From positions 1,110,001 through 1,142,000 of the forward strand of contig OY781039.1 of NCBI GenBank assembly GCA_963676105.1: 32,000 bases of DNA. The letters run 5' to 3'. The position numbers and the translations under genes were made by a program. Every line of letters starts with the position of its first letter. Within the stretch, counting starts at the first letter, position 1. Below, in pieces: positions 8,676 to 17,126 of the stretch. The notes beneath the pieces are model-generated. The model worked only from the letters and a program-made list of their open reading frames with translations, did not search any database and was not told the DNA's origin. This stretch comes from Erysipelotrichaceae bacterium. GTDB lineage: Bacteria > Bacillota_I > Bacilli_A > Erysipelotrichales > Erysipelotrichaceae.

Positions 8676-9788
8676 TTAAACTCTAGATTTAAAATCAGAA
8701 TAACTGAATTCTTTTATAAGTTTTATATCGCCAGCTAGTGTTTTTACCGCAATAGATGGAAGTGGTATTCCATTAAAAGTATTCGTTTTTACGATGGTAT
8801 ATAAAGCCATATCTTCAAAGATGAGCTCTTCACCAATTTCTAGTTTATGATCAAAGCTATAATCACCAATTACATCACCGGCTAAGCAAGAAGGTCCACC
8901 TAAACGATATTTAAATTCACCCTCTTTGTTTGAGTTAGTAATACGTGGTGTATAAGGTACTTCTAAGACATCTGGCATATGACAGGTTGCCGAAGTATCT
9001 AGTATAGCTATCTCAATACCATTGTTAACAATATCAACTACTTTGGCCACAAGTGTTCCTGCATTGAGGACAACTGCTTCTCCTGGTTCTAGATATACAG
9101 TTAAATGTGGATGACGGGCTTTGAAAGCTTTAATCGTTTCAATTAAGAGATCTACATTATAATCATCACGCGTTATATGATGTCCACCACCAAAGTTTAC
9201 CCATTTGAGATTTGGCAGATAATCTTTAAACTCTTCTTCAAAAACAGCTAAAGTTTCGACTAAAGGTTCAGCCCCTTGTTCACACAAGGTATGAAAATGA
9301 AGCCCCTCAACATGCGCCATTAAATCATCACGCATATCTTTTTTCTTAACCCCAAAACGAGAACCATAGGCACATGGATCATACATTCCACCACCTTGAG
9401 TAGAATGTTCAGGATTAATTCGAATCCCAAAACTTTTATTTTTTTGGACTAAACAATCATGAAATTTCTCTAACTGTGTAAATGAATTAAAAATAATATG
9501 ATCACAGATTTCACTAATTTCTTTCATGTCGCTTTTTGTATATGCTGGTGAGAAGACATGATTTTCTTTTTTCATCTCTTCATAGCCGAGTCTTGCTTCA
9601 TACAAACCACTAGCTGTCACACCATCAAGGTATTCACCAATCAGTGGATAAAAGTAATAGGATGAAAAAGCTTTTTGAGCCAGTAGTATTTTACAGCCTG
9701 CTTCCTCTTTGACTCTCTTTAAGATTTTTAAATTTCTTAAAAGATCATTTTCATCAATAAGAAAGTAAGGTGTTTGTAGATTTTTCAT
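8676..9788 (-). CDS. nspC: Carboxynorspermidine/carboxyspermidine decarboxylase (PLP fold type III)
   Basis: 370 aa with motifs NFGGGHHIT and YLEPGEAVV, and length typical of CANSDC. The start overlaps the upstream stop (TAATG at 9786-9790). Confidence 0.8.
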   Translation of the reverse strand: MKNLQTPYFLIDENDLLRNLKILKRVKEEAGCKILLAQKAFSSYYFYPLIGEYLDGVTASGLYEARLGYEEMKKENHVFSPAYTKSDMKEISEICDHIIFNSFTQLEKFHDCLVQKNKSFGIRINPEHSTQGGGMYDPCAYGSRFGVKKKDMRDDLMAHVEGLHFHTLCEQGAEPLVETLAVFEEEFKDYLPNLKWVNFGGGHHITRDDYNVDLLIETIKAFKARHPHLTVYLEPGEAVVLNAGTLVAKVVDIVNNGIEIAILDTSATCHMPDVLEVPYTPRITNSNKEGEFKYRLGGPSCLAGDVIGDYSFDHKLEIGEELIFEDMALYTIVKTNTFNGIPLPSIAVKTLAGDIKLIKEFSYSDFKSRV

Positions 9789-10987
9789 TAATCAACCAAT
9801 ACAGGATTGAAGTCTTCTTGCCAAGGTAGGCCCCATTCATTGAGTGCTTCCATAAATGGATCTGGATCAAATTCTTCAATATTATGCACGCCAGGCATAT
9901 TCCATTTTCCTTGTAGAATCATCATTGCCCCAATCATAGCTGGTACCCCAGTGGTATATGAGATGGCTTGTGAGCCGACTTCTTTATAACAGTCTTGATG
10001 ATCTTTAACGTTATACACATAGTAAGTGACAGGTTTACCATCTTTTGTTCCTTGATAGATACAACCAATATTAGTTTTACCCACAGTGCGAGGACCAAGT
10101 GATGCTGGATCAGGTAATACTGCTTTTAAGAATTGAAGTGGAATAATTTCTTTTCCTTCAAACATAATTGGTTCAATCGATGTCATCCCAACATTTTGTA
10201 GGACGGTTAAATGACGAATATAGCTTTCACCAAATGTCATAAAGAAACGAATACGTTTAATCCCTTTAATATTTTGGGCCAATGATTCAAGTTCTTCATG
10301 ATAAAGAAGATACATATCCTTTTCACCCACTTGATCAAAGTTATATTGACGTTTAATTTCTAATGGTTTAGTTTCATGAAATTCACCATTTTCAAAATAG
10401 CGACCATTTGATGTGATTTCTCGAATGTTTATTTCAGGATTAAAGTTAGTTGCGAAAGGATAACCATGATCACCCCCATTACAATCTAGAATATCGATTT
10501 GTTCAATCTCATCAAAGTAATGTTTCATCGCATATGCACTGAAAACACCTGTAACACCTGGATCAAATCCAGATCCTAAAAGGGCTGTAATACCTGCTTC
10601 TTCAAAACGTTTACGATATGCCCATTGCCAGCTGTATTCAAATTTAGCTGTGTCTTTTGGTTCATAGTTTGCGGTATCCACATAATGCGTTTTGGTCGCA
10701 AGACATGCATCCATAATTGGCAAGTCTTGGTAAGGTAGAGCTAAATTAACAACTACATCAGGTTGATATTCATTGATGAGCTTTACGAGTTCTTCAACAT
10801 TATCGGCATCAACTGCACGAGTTGAAATGTTAACACCTTTCCCATCTAATTCTTTTTTTAGGGCATCACATTTCGATACTGTACGTGATGCGATCATTAA
10901 ATCTGTAAATACATCTTTGTTTTGAACCATTTTATGAATGGCTACGGATGCGACACCGCCACATCCAATGACTAAAGTTTTTGACAT
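9788..10987 (-). CDS. Carboxynorspermidine/carboxyspermidine dehydrogenase (synthase), saccharopine dehydrogenase family
   Basis: 399 aa with N-terminal Rossmann motif LVIGCGGVASV and family-typical length. It is paired with the decarboxylase directly downstream. SD AGGAGG upstream. Confidence 0.8.
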   Translation of the reverse strand: MSKTLVIGCGGVASVAIHKMVQNKDVFTDLMIASRTVSKCDALKKELDGKGVNISTRAVDADNVEELVKLINEYQPDVVVNLALPYQDLPIMDACLATKTHYVDTANYEPKDTAKFEYSWQWAYRKRFEEAGITALLGSGFDPGVTGVFSAYAMKHYFDEIEQIDILDCNGGDHGYPFATNFNPEINIREITSNGRYFENGEFHETKPLEIKRQYNFDQVGEKDMYLLYHEELESLAQNIKGIKRIRFFMTFGESYIRHLTVLQNVGMTSIEPIMFEGKEIIPLQFLKAVLPDPASLGPRTVGKTNIGCIYQGTKDGKPVTYYVYNVKDHQDCYKEVGSQAISYTTGVPAMIGAMMILQGKWNMPGVHNIEEFDPDPFMEALNEWGLPWQEDFNPVLVD

Positions 10988-11000
10988 TAACTGTCCTCCT

Positions 11001-11852
11001 TTATTTAATAATGGTTAATAATAATTCTCTTAAGGTTTTAATCGCAACTGAGGTTGAAGCCCCAGTAGGATCAATATAAGGTGCCAATTCAACTAAGTCT
11101 GCACCAACGATATTTAGATCTCTTAGTGTATAAATCGCATTGATGAGTTCATTAAAGTTAACGCCCCCTGGTTCAGGTGTTCCTGTTCCTGGAAAAGTTG
11201 ATGGATCTAAGACATCCAAATCAATTGTTAAATAGACTGGTTTACCTTCTAACTTTTTAACAACTTTTTCCAAACCATCAAAGTTATGTAAATTAATAAA
11301 CTGAAATTCTTTCGCATACTCAAATTCTTCTTTTAAGCCAGATCGAATCCCAAATTGAAAGAGTTTATGATCACCTGTTAATTCAACCATACGTTTGAGA
11401 ACTGAAGCATGAGACAATTCACTGCCACCATATTCATCTCGTAAATCTGTATGGGCATCAAAGTGAATGATATGAACATCTGGATACTTTTGAATAACTG
11501 CTTTAAAAGCCCCTAACGTCACTAAGTGTTCGCCACCAATCATAACTGGCGTTTTATTATCATCTAATACTTTACGTGTATAATCCTCAATGCTATTTAA
11601 TGCTTTTTCAGCACTACCAAAAGGAAGTTCTAAATCTCCACCATCAAAGATTTCATGATCATATAGATCACGATCTAAGACAGGCGAGTATGATTCATAA
11701 CCTAAATATGAATCTTGACGCATAACTTGCGAGGCAAAACGAGTTCCAGGTCGATATGAAGTTGTCCCATCAAATGGTGCTCCAAAGACGACATGTGTTG
11801 CCTTTTCATAATCTGCTTCACAACCAATAAACGTCGATATATTTTTCTTCAT
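11001..11852 (-). CDS. speB: Agmatinase-type ureohydrolase (agmatine or N1-aminopropylagmatine as substrate)
   Basis: 283 aa with arginase-fold Mn ligand motifs GGEH, HFDAHTDL and DLDVLDP..PGTGTPEPGG. Confidence 0.8.
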   Translation of the reverse strand: MKKNISTFIGCEADYEKATHVVFGAPFDGTTSYRPGTRFASQVMRQDSYLGYESYSPVLDRDLYDHEIFDGGDLELPFGSAEKALNSIEDYTRKVLDDNKTPVMIGGEHLVTLGAFKAVIQKYPDVHIIHFDAHTDLRDEYGGSELSHASVLKRMVELTGDHKLFQFGIRSGLKEEFEYAKEFQFINLHNFDGLEKVVKKLEGKPVYLTIDLDVLDPSTFPGTGTPEPGGVNFNELINAIYTLRDLNIVGADLVELAPYIDPTGASTSVAIKTLRELLLTIIK

Positions 11853-12694
11853 TACTTCAACAACTCCTTAACATAATTAGGTAGAGCAAACGCTCCAATA
11901 TGTAAATCTGTATTGTAGTATTCTGTATCTAAATCTAAAGCATTCCATGCATCAGCTTTTAAATCCTTAATCGCATCTAATCCTTTAGACGCAAAACCAA
12001 AGGTCCAATGTCCTGCGGGAAATGATGGAATATGTGCTTCATAAATCTGTGATACTTCAAAAGTTTTTGAAATACGTTTATGAATTCTCTTTAAAATATT
12101 CGCATCATTTTCATAGAATGGTGATTCATGTTGATTAACCAAAATACCATTGTCTTCAAGAATATTATAACAGTGTCCATAAAACTCTTTGGTAAATAAG
12201 ACTTCACCAGGTCCATATGGGTCAGATGAATCAACGATAATCAAATCATATTTAATTTTAGAATGACGCATAAATTTAAGTGCATCTTGCACATACAAAG
12301 TCACTCTCTCATCATCAAAACCAGCGGCTTCATATGGAAAGAATTCTTTTGCGACTTCAACGAGTTGTTCATCGATTTCTACGACATCAATTTTTTCGAT
12401 TGTTTTAAAATCACTGAGTTCACGGGCAACTCCCCCATTACCAGCTCCAATAACTAGTACTTTTTTAATATCCATATTCACAGCCATTGGAATATGGACC
12501 AACATTTCATGGTAGATAAAGTCATCTTTTTCAGTTAACATCAAATACCCATCTAAGGTTAGAAAACGACCATATTCAACTGAATCAAAGACATCAATTC
12601 GTTGATATTCACTTTGCGAACTATGGAGTTGTTTTTCAATTTTAATGGAAAACTTAACATTATCAGTGTGTAATTCCGAATACCATAAATCCAT
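11852..12694 (-). CDS. speE: Spermidine synthase-family aminopropyltransferase
   Basis: 280 aa with VLVIGAGNGGVARE (a variant of the usual GGGDGG loop), IIVDSSDPYGPG and FTKEFY motifs. Start and stop share nucleotides with both neighbours. Confidence 0.8.
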   Translation of the reverse strand: MDLWYSELHTDNVKFSIKIEKQLHSSQSEYQRIDVFDSVEYGRFLTLDGYLMLTEKDDFIYHEMLVHIPMAVNMDIKKVLVIGAGNGGVARELSDFKTIEKIDVVEIDEQLVEVAKEFFPYEAAGFDDERVTLYVQDALKFMRHSKIKYDLIIVDSSDPYGPGEVLFTKEFYGHCYNILEDNGILVNQHESPFYENDANILKRIHKRISKTFEVSQIYEAHIPSFPAGHWTFGFASKGLDAIKDLKADAWNALDLDTEYYNTDLHIGAFALPNYVKELLK

Positions 12695-14157
12695 TATTTT
12701 TCCTCCATAAGAACTTCAATATAACGTTCTTCTCTCTCTTCTGTACCAATTAAGAAACAACCTTTATCAACCGCATAAACAATGTAGTCAATGATTTCTT
12801 TAGTAATGCGTTCTCCAGGTGCCAAAATAGGAATTCCTGGTGGATACAACATAACAAACTCCCCGCAAATCTTATCTTCCGCTTGACTCATTGGAATAAA
12901 ATCTTGATAAGCATAGAAAGCTTCTTGAGGCGTCATTACGACATCTGGGGAAATATATTCGTTTTCTAATAAATCATTCTTCTTATTTTTATAGATACGT
13001 TTAACATCCGCTAAAGCAGAAACTAAACGTTCAATATTCTTTTGCGTATCCCCTAATGATATGTAAGCTAAAGTATTACCAATATCACCAAATTCAAGTT
13101 GGATATCATATTCATCACGAAGAATATCGTAGACTTCAATTCCCGCTAAGCCTAAATCTAATGTATTAATGGACAATTTCGTCGGATCAAAATCAAAAAT
13201 GGTATCTCCATTTACCAATTCTTTCCCAAAGGCATAATAATCCCCAATCTCATTGATTTCTTCACGTGCATATTCCGCTAACTTAGACACCTTCGCAAAG
13301 ATTTTTTCGCCTTCTAAGGCTAATTTCTTACGAGAAATATCTAAACTCGATAAGAGTAAATAAGAACCTGAAGTGGTTTGGGTTAAGTTTATAATTTGGC
13401 GCACATCATTCGCATCAACATTTTCACCTAAGAGTAAAAATGAACTTTGTGTGAGTGATCCACCACTTTTATGCATTGATACACTACTCATATCAGCGCC
13501 AGCTGCCATCGCCGTTAAAGGCATATTTTGTCCAAAATAGAAGTGAGTTCCATGTGCTTCATCCACTAACATCTTCATTCCATATTCATGCGCTAAATCA
13601 GTAATGGCTTGTAGATTTGAACAAATACCATAGTAAGTAGGATTATTGACCAAGACCGCAACTGCATCTGGATTATCTTTAATCGCTTTTTCAATCGATG
13701 ATAATTTCATCCCTAAAGGAATTCCTAAATCTTTATTCACTTCAGGATTAACATAGATAGGTTTTGCGCCATTTAAAACCAAAGCATTAATAACTGAGCG
13801 GTGAACATTACGAGGAAGTATTATCTTTTCTCCACGCTTACATGAAGCGAGAATCATTGCTTGAACAGAAGAGGTTGTTCCTCCAACCATGAAGAAACAA
13901 TGTGCTGCTCCAAATGCATCAGCCGCTAATTCTTCAGCTTCTGAAATTACAGAGGTTGGATGACAAAGATTATCAACTGGTTTCATTGAGTTAATATCCA
14001 ACTTCATTACTTGTGATCCTAAAAATTCAGTTAACTCTTTATTTCCAACGCCTCGTTTGTGTCCAGGTACATCAAAAGGAACGAGTCGTGATTTCTCAAC
14101 TTGTTGAAGTGCCTCTTTTATCGGTGCTCTTCTTTGATCTAATTTTGCCATAGCCAT
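12694..14157 (-). CDS. speA: Arginine decarboxylase (Orn/Lys/Arg decarboxylase family, PLP fold type I, B. subtilis SpeA type)
   Basis: 487 aa with PLP-lysine motif SMHKSGGSLTQ. Operon context with agmatinase supports arginine as substrate. The SD AGGAG abuts the first ATG (14157), so the second ATG at 14151 (6-nt spacing) is the more likely start. Confidence 0.75.
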   Translation of the reverse strand: MAMAKLDQRRAPIKEALQQVEKSRLVPFDVPGHKRGVGNKELTEFLGSQVMKLDINSMKPVDNLCHPTSVISEAEELAADAFGAAHCFFMVGGTTSSVQAMILASCKRGEKIILPRNVHRSVINALVLNGAKPIYVNPEVNKDLGIPLGMKLSSIEKAIKDNPDAVAVLVNNPTYYGICSNLQAITDLAHEYGMKMLVDEAHGTHFYFGQNMPLTAMAAGADMSSVSMHKSGGSLTQSSFLLLGENVDANDVRQIINLTQTTSGSYLLLSSLDISRKKLALEGEKIFAKVSKLAEYAREEINEIGDYYAFGKELVNGDTIFDFDPTKLSINTLDLGLAGIEVYDILRDEYDIQLEFGDIGNTLAYISLGDTQKNIERLVSALADVKRIYKNKKNDLLENEYISPDVVMTPQEAFYAYQDFIPMSQAEDKICGEFVMLYPPGIPILAPGERITKEIIDYIVYAVDKGCFLIGTEEREERYIEVLMEEK

Positions 14158-14449
14158 CTCCTAAGATATAAATAAAAAACCAAGCATTACACTTGGTTGA
14201 AATAAAATCTGTCACAACATCATACATGTCCGACACGTGTGGTCAAGACTTGTTGCCTTCACCACTCTTATTGATCTTTTCACAAGTGTAATTGTACTTA
14301 TAAAAATTGAGCTTTAAACTCAAACAATAAGGCAACTGAGTTGCCGGTCCGGCTAACGACCTAGCTGTCCGTATGGCTACTTTTGAATTGATACTCATAA
14401 GTATGGTCGAATTAAACTACTCATAAGATAGACATTAAACTATCTTATC
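14158..14449 (-). promoter_or_regulatory. Candidate cis-regulatory leader RNA of the polyamine operon (terminator/antiterminator type, class not recognised)
   Basis: About 290 nt lie between a good promoter and speA. Elements present: a 5' perfect 9-bp hairpin (14423-14448), a 50-nt core of 60% GC (14331-14380) in a ~1/3-GC genome, and a GGCAAC-UCA-GUUGCC hairpin. The 10-nt AUUACACUUG (14292-14283) is exactly complementary to CAAGUGUAAU (14195-14186) inside the terminator. Confidence 0.55.
14174..14198 (-). terminator. Leader (attenuator) terminator directly upstream of the speA ribosome-binding site
   Basis: On the - strand, AACCAAG-TGTAATG-CTTGGTT (14198-14178) is followed by TTTTTTATTT. 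It ends about 10 nt before the SD of speA. Confidence 0.7.
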
Positions 14450-14455
14450 GTGTCA

Positions 14456-14484
14456 ATAATATATGACTTTAATGCCTTTGACAA
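14456..14484 (-). promoter_or_regulatory. Sigma-A-type promoter of the speA leader
   Basis: On the - strand: TTGTCA (14484-14479), 17-nt spacer, TATTAT (14461-14456). Confidence 0.55.
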
Positions 14485-14524
14485 GGACTCTATTTAAAAA
14501 GTTACAAATTTGCTTATTATTCAT

Positions 14525-14545
14525 GAAAAAAGAGGAAAAATCCCC
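14525..14545 (-). terminator. Possible weak terminator of the GH13 gene
   Basis: On the - strand, GGGGA-TTTT-TCCTC (one G-U pair) follows the stop codon directly and is followed by TTTTTT. Confidence 0.35.
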
Positions 14546-16231
14546 TTATTTCTCAATCCATAGGTATTCAAAGGCATCTAATTTTATAAGACCTTTCTGC
14601 CCACAAACAGAACCATCAATCTCTTGCGTTTCTGATGATAAGTTTTGTATAACCACCATCACATCATCTTTATAGCTTCGTATATAAGATAAGATATGAT
14701 TATTAGCCGTTCCATCAATATTTTTACATTGTATAAATTCTAAAGAACCTCTCGAGAAAGATGGATGAAGTGATCTTAATGATGTCATATCTTTAATCGC
14801 ATAATAGACTTGATAAGCTAAAGAAGTATTGTCTTTTAAGTCCTTTTCTATTTGATTCCAATCCATACGTCCTCGACCTAAATAACGAGAATCTTTATAA
14901 CCTGATAATTCAAACATTTCATTGTAATAATCTAAATCATTCTTCTTACCAATTTCATCACCATAATAAATGATTGGTGTACCAATTAAAGTAAACATAA
15001 TTGAGTAAGCTAATTTAATGCGTTTAACATCATGTTCAAATAAATCACTTAGACGTGCTGAGATTCCTTCACCCGTTCTAAAGTCCCATGATGGATCTTT
15101 CGCATAATAATTAAAGATGAATTTTCTTTCTTCAGGCGTCACCATTTCCAAAGTAAGTTCGTCATGACATCTTAAGAAACTAAACCACTGACATGACTCT
15201 GGTATTTCTGGCGTAAATGAAGGAGCCATAACCATTTCAATAGATGACTTATCTTCTTCAGCCAAAGCTTTAAAAATTCGAGGCATCACTGGAAAGTGAT
15301 ATGCCGCATTACATTCAGCTCCGCCCCCAAAGTATTCAACCACTTGTTCAGGTGGCTGACAAGCTTCTGCTAGCAGCAAGTTATCAGGACTTAGATAATC
15401 TAGAGTTGCCTTAAAGAATTGAACGATTAAATGGGTCTTAGGTAAATTCTCACAGATGGTGTTCTCTTCTTTCCAAAGATAAGGAACCGCATCCGCTCTA
15501 AAACCATCAACCCCTTGAATTTTCCAACCAATTAACATATTAGTCATGGCCATTAAAACATCGGGATTACGATAGTTCAAATCTGGTTGAATATCAAAGA
15601 AACGATGGAAAAAATATTGACCAGCCACATCATCCCATTGCCAATTACTATCCATCATACCTTTAAAGATAATACGGGCATCTTTATACCGATCTTGGGT
15701 ATCACTCCAAATAAAGTAATCACGATATCGATTATCTTTTGATGTACGCGCTTCTTTAAACCAATGATGTTCATTAGAACAGTGATTCATTGCCACATCA
15801 AAAATAACTTTTATTCCTTTTTCGTGTGCTTCATCAATAAAAGCTTTAAAGACTATGGCTTTACTTTTCTTATCCGCATCAGTATCTAGCCCTAATAAAT
15901 CAGCACGAACAGATTCATAATCTGAAATATCAAAGCCTGCGTCTTTCATCGGTGATTCAAGGATCGGTAGTAACCATAAACAATTGACACCCATGTTTTG
16001 AAGATAGTCTAGTTTTTCTTTTAAACCATTAAAATCTTTATTAAATAAATCTACATAAGTTGAATAAACAACCGCATCCTTATACCAATCATTTGTCCCA
16101 TTATTATCGTTCGAGAAATAATCACGTTTAATCTGTTCAACTTCTTCCACAAAAGCCTCAAGTTTGTCATGAGCTCCATTGTCTAAAAAATCGCCGTAGA
16201 TTTCGTTCCACAGTCTTTTTATATTTTTCAT
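14546..16231 (-). CDS. treS: GH13 alpha-amylase-family enzyme, trehalose synthase (maltose alpha-D-glucosyltransferase)-like
   Basis: 561 aa with GH13 conserved regions DVAMNH, GVDGFRADAVPYLW, LLLAEACQPPEQVVEYFG, FLRCHDELTLEMV and FHRFFDIQPDLNYRNPDV. These closely resemble TreS signatures. Confidence 0.65.
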   Translation of the reverse strand: MKNIKRLWNEIYGDFLDNGAHDKLEAFVEEVEQIKRDYFSNDNNGTNDWYKDAVVYSTYVDLFNKDFNGLKEKLDYLQNMGVNCLWLLPILESPMKDAGFDISDYESVRADLLGLDTDADKKSKAIVFKAFIDEAHEKGIKVIFDVAMNHCSNEHHWFKEARTSKDNRYRDYFIWSDTQDRYKDARIIFKGMMDSNWQWDDVAGQYFFHRFFDIQPDLNYRNPDVLMAMTNMLIGWKIQGVDGFRADAVPYLWKEENTICENLPKTHLIVQFFKATLDYLSPDNLLLAEACQPPEQVVEYFGGGAECNAAYHFPVMPRIFKALAEEDKSSIEMVMAPSFTPEIPESCQWFSFLRCHDELTLEMVTPEERKFIFNYYAKDPSWDFRTGEGISARLSDLFEHDVKRIKLAYSIMFTLIGTPIIYYGDEIGKKNDLDYYNEMFELSGYKDSRYLGRGRMDWNQIEKDLKDNTSLAYQVYYAIKDMTSLRSLHPSFSRGSLEFIQCKNIDGTANNHILSYIRSYKDDVMVVIQNLSSETQEIDGSVCGQKGLIKLDAFEYLWIEK

Positions 16232-16294
16232 AAGTAAATCCTCTATCTTTAATTATAAACCCGATAGTTATTCACTTATATGTGCTGTGTGCAC

Positions 16295-16321
16295 AAATCA
16301 AAATCCATCTTAAGATGGATT
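16295..16321 (-). terminator. Intrinsic terminator ending the DUF3737-patB-merR-maa-AKR unit
   Basis: AATCCATC-TTAA-GATGGATT hairpin (16302-16321) followed on the - strand by TTGATTT. Confidence 0.55.
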
Positions 16322-16324
16322 AAA

Positions 16325-17125
16325 TTAATACCAATTATATAATTGTCTATTTTGATCTAAAGCATTAATTCTCTTTAAATCATCTTCATTTAATTCAAAA
16401 TCAAATACAGTAATGTTTTCGATGAGTCTTTCTTTATGTTTAGACTTAGGAATGACCACAATATCATTTTGAATCATATATCTTAGTGCAACTTGCGCTG
16501 CTGACTTCTTATATTTTTGACCAATCTCAATGAGTACAGGTTCATTAAATAAATCTTTTTCCCCACTAGTGAAAGGTGCCCAAGCTTCTAAGATACAGTT
16601 ATTTACTTTTAATGTTTGATGGAGTTCTTTTTGTTGAAAGTAAACATGGGTTTCCATTTGATTAAGCATTGGTTTAATATTGACTTTTTGCGAGAAAGAT
16701 TTAAAGGTATCCTTCTTAAAATTAGAAACACCAATCGCTTTTACTTTACCACTCTCATATGCTTCTTCTAACGCTTTATACATTTCTACTGAGTTGCTAT
16801 AAACTTCATGAATTAGATACAAATCAATATAATCTACTTGTAGATTCTTTAAGGATAATTCAATGGCTTCTTTTGCTTTCTCATAACTATTAAACGGACT
16901 GTGCATTTTAGTACAGATAAATAATTCAGATCGTGGGATATCTGTTTGTCCTAAAACATTTCCTATCTCTTTTTCATTACTATACATGTGAGCTGTATCA
17001 ATAAGTCGATAGCCAAGTTCAAGAGCTTCTTCTACTACTCGCTCACATTCATTTCCTTTTAGATTCCAGGTTCCTAAACCTAAAATTGGCATTTGATGCC
17101 CATTATTTAAAGTGACAAATTCCAT
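16325..17125 (-). CDS. Aldo/keto reductase (AKR, 2,5-diketo-D-gluconate reductase-like)
   Basis: 266 aa with LGLGTW, IDTAHMYSNE (catalytic Tyr), TKM (Lys), YLIHE (His) and AIGVSNF motifs. Confidence 0.85.
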   Translation of the reverse strand: MEFVTLNNGHQMPILGLGTWNLKGNECERVVEEALELGYRLIDTAHMYSNEKEIGNVLGQTDIPRSELFICTKMHSPFNSYEKAKEAIELSLKNLQVDYIDLYLIHEVYSNSVEMYKALEEAYESGKVKAIGVSNFKKDTFKSFSQKVNIKPMLNQMETHVYFQQKELHQTLKVNNCILEAWAPFTSGEKDLFNEPVLIEIGQKYKKSAAQVALRYMIQNDIVVIPKSKHKERLIENITVFDFELNEDDLKRINALDQNRQLYNWY

Positions 17126-17126
17126 A

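Noticed and set aside
14331-14385. GC-rich segment as a housekeeping RNA gene (SRP/4.5S RNA, tRNA fragment, RNase P piece) on either strand
   Set aside because: GGUCCGG is present, but the SRP helix-8 signature (GGAA tetraloop flanked by AGCA/GNAR loops) is absent. There is no tRNA cloverleaf or RNase P motif. The flanking promoter, antiterminator and terminator geometry fits a cis-acting leader better.
14243-14398. 51-codon ORF inside the leader (MSINSKVAIRTARSLAGPATQLPYC...) as an arginine-sensing leader peptide
   Set aside because: There is no Shine-Dalgarno sequence upstream of its ATG. It runs through the predicted structured core. The two Arg codons (CGG, AGG) are not clustered in a way typical of attenuation peptides. 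The shorter ORFs (MSIL, MSSLIRPYL) likewise lack an SD.
14158-14449. T-box riboswitch interpretation of the speA leader
   Set aside because: AAUAAGAGUGGUGAAGGC loosely resembles the T-box core (..GGGUGGNACC..) and UCGUUA resembles the F-box CCGUUA. But the conserved ACC is missing. I see no Stem I with K-turn, specifier loop or AG bulge. The T-box-like segment also lies ~70 nt upstream of the terminator instead of forming its competing antiterminator. I kept it as a leader of unknown class.
16288-16295. TGTGCACA palindrome upstream of the GH13 gene as a cre/CcpA or other operator
   Set aside because: It is only 8 bp, does not match the cre consensus (TGWAANCGNTNWCA), overlaps the T-tract region of the adjacent terminator, and has no second copy.
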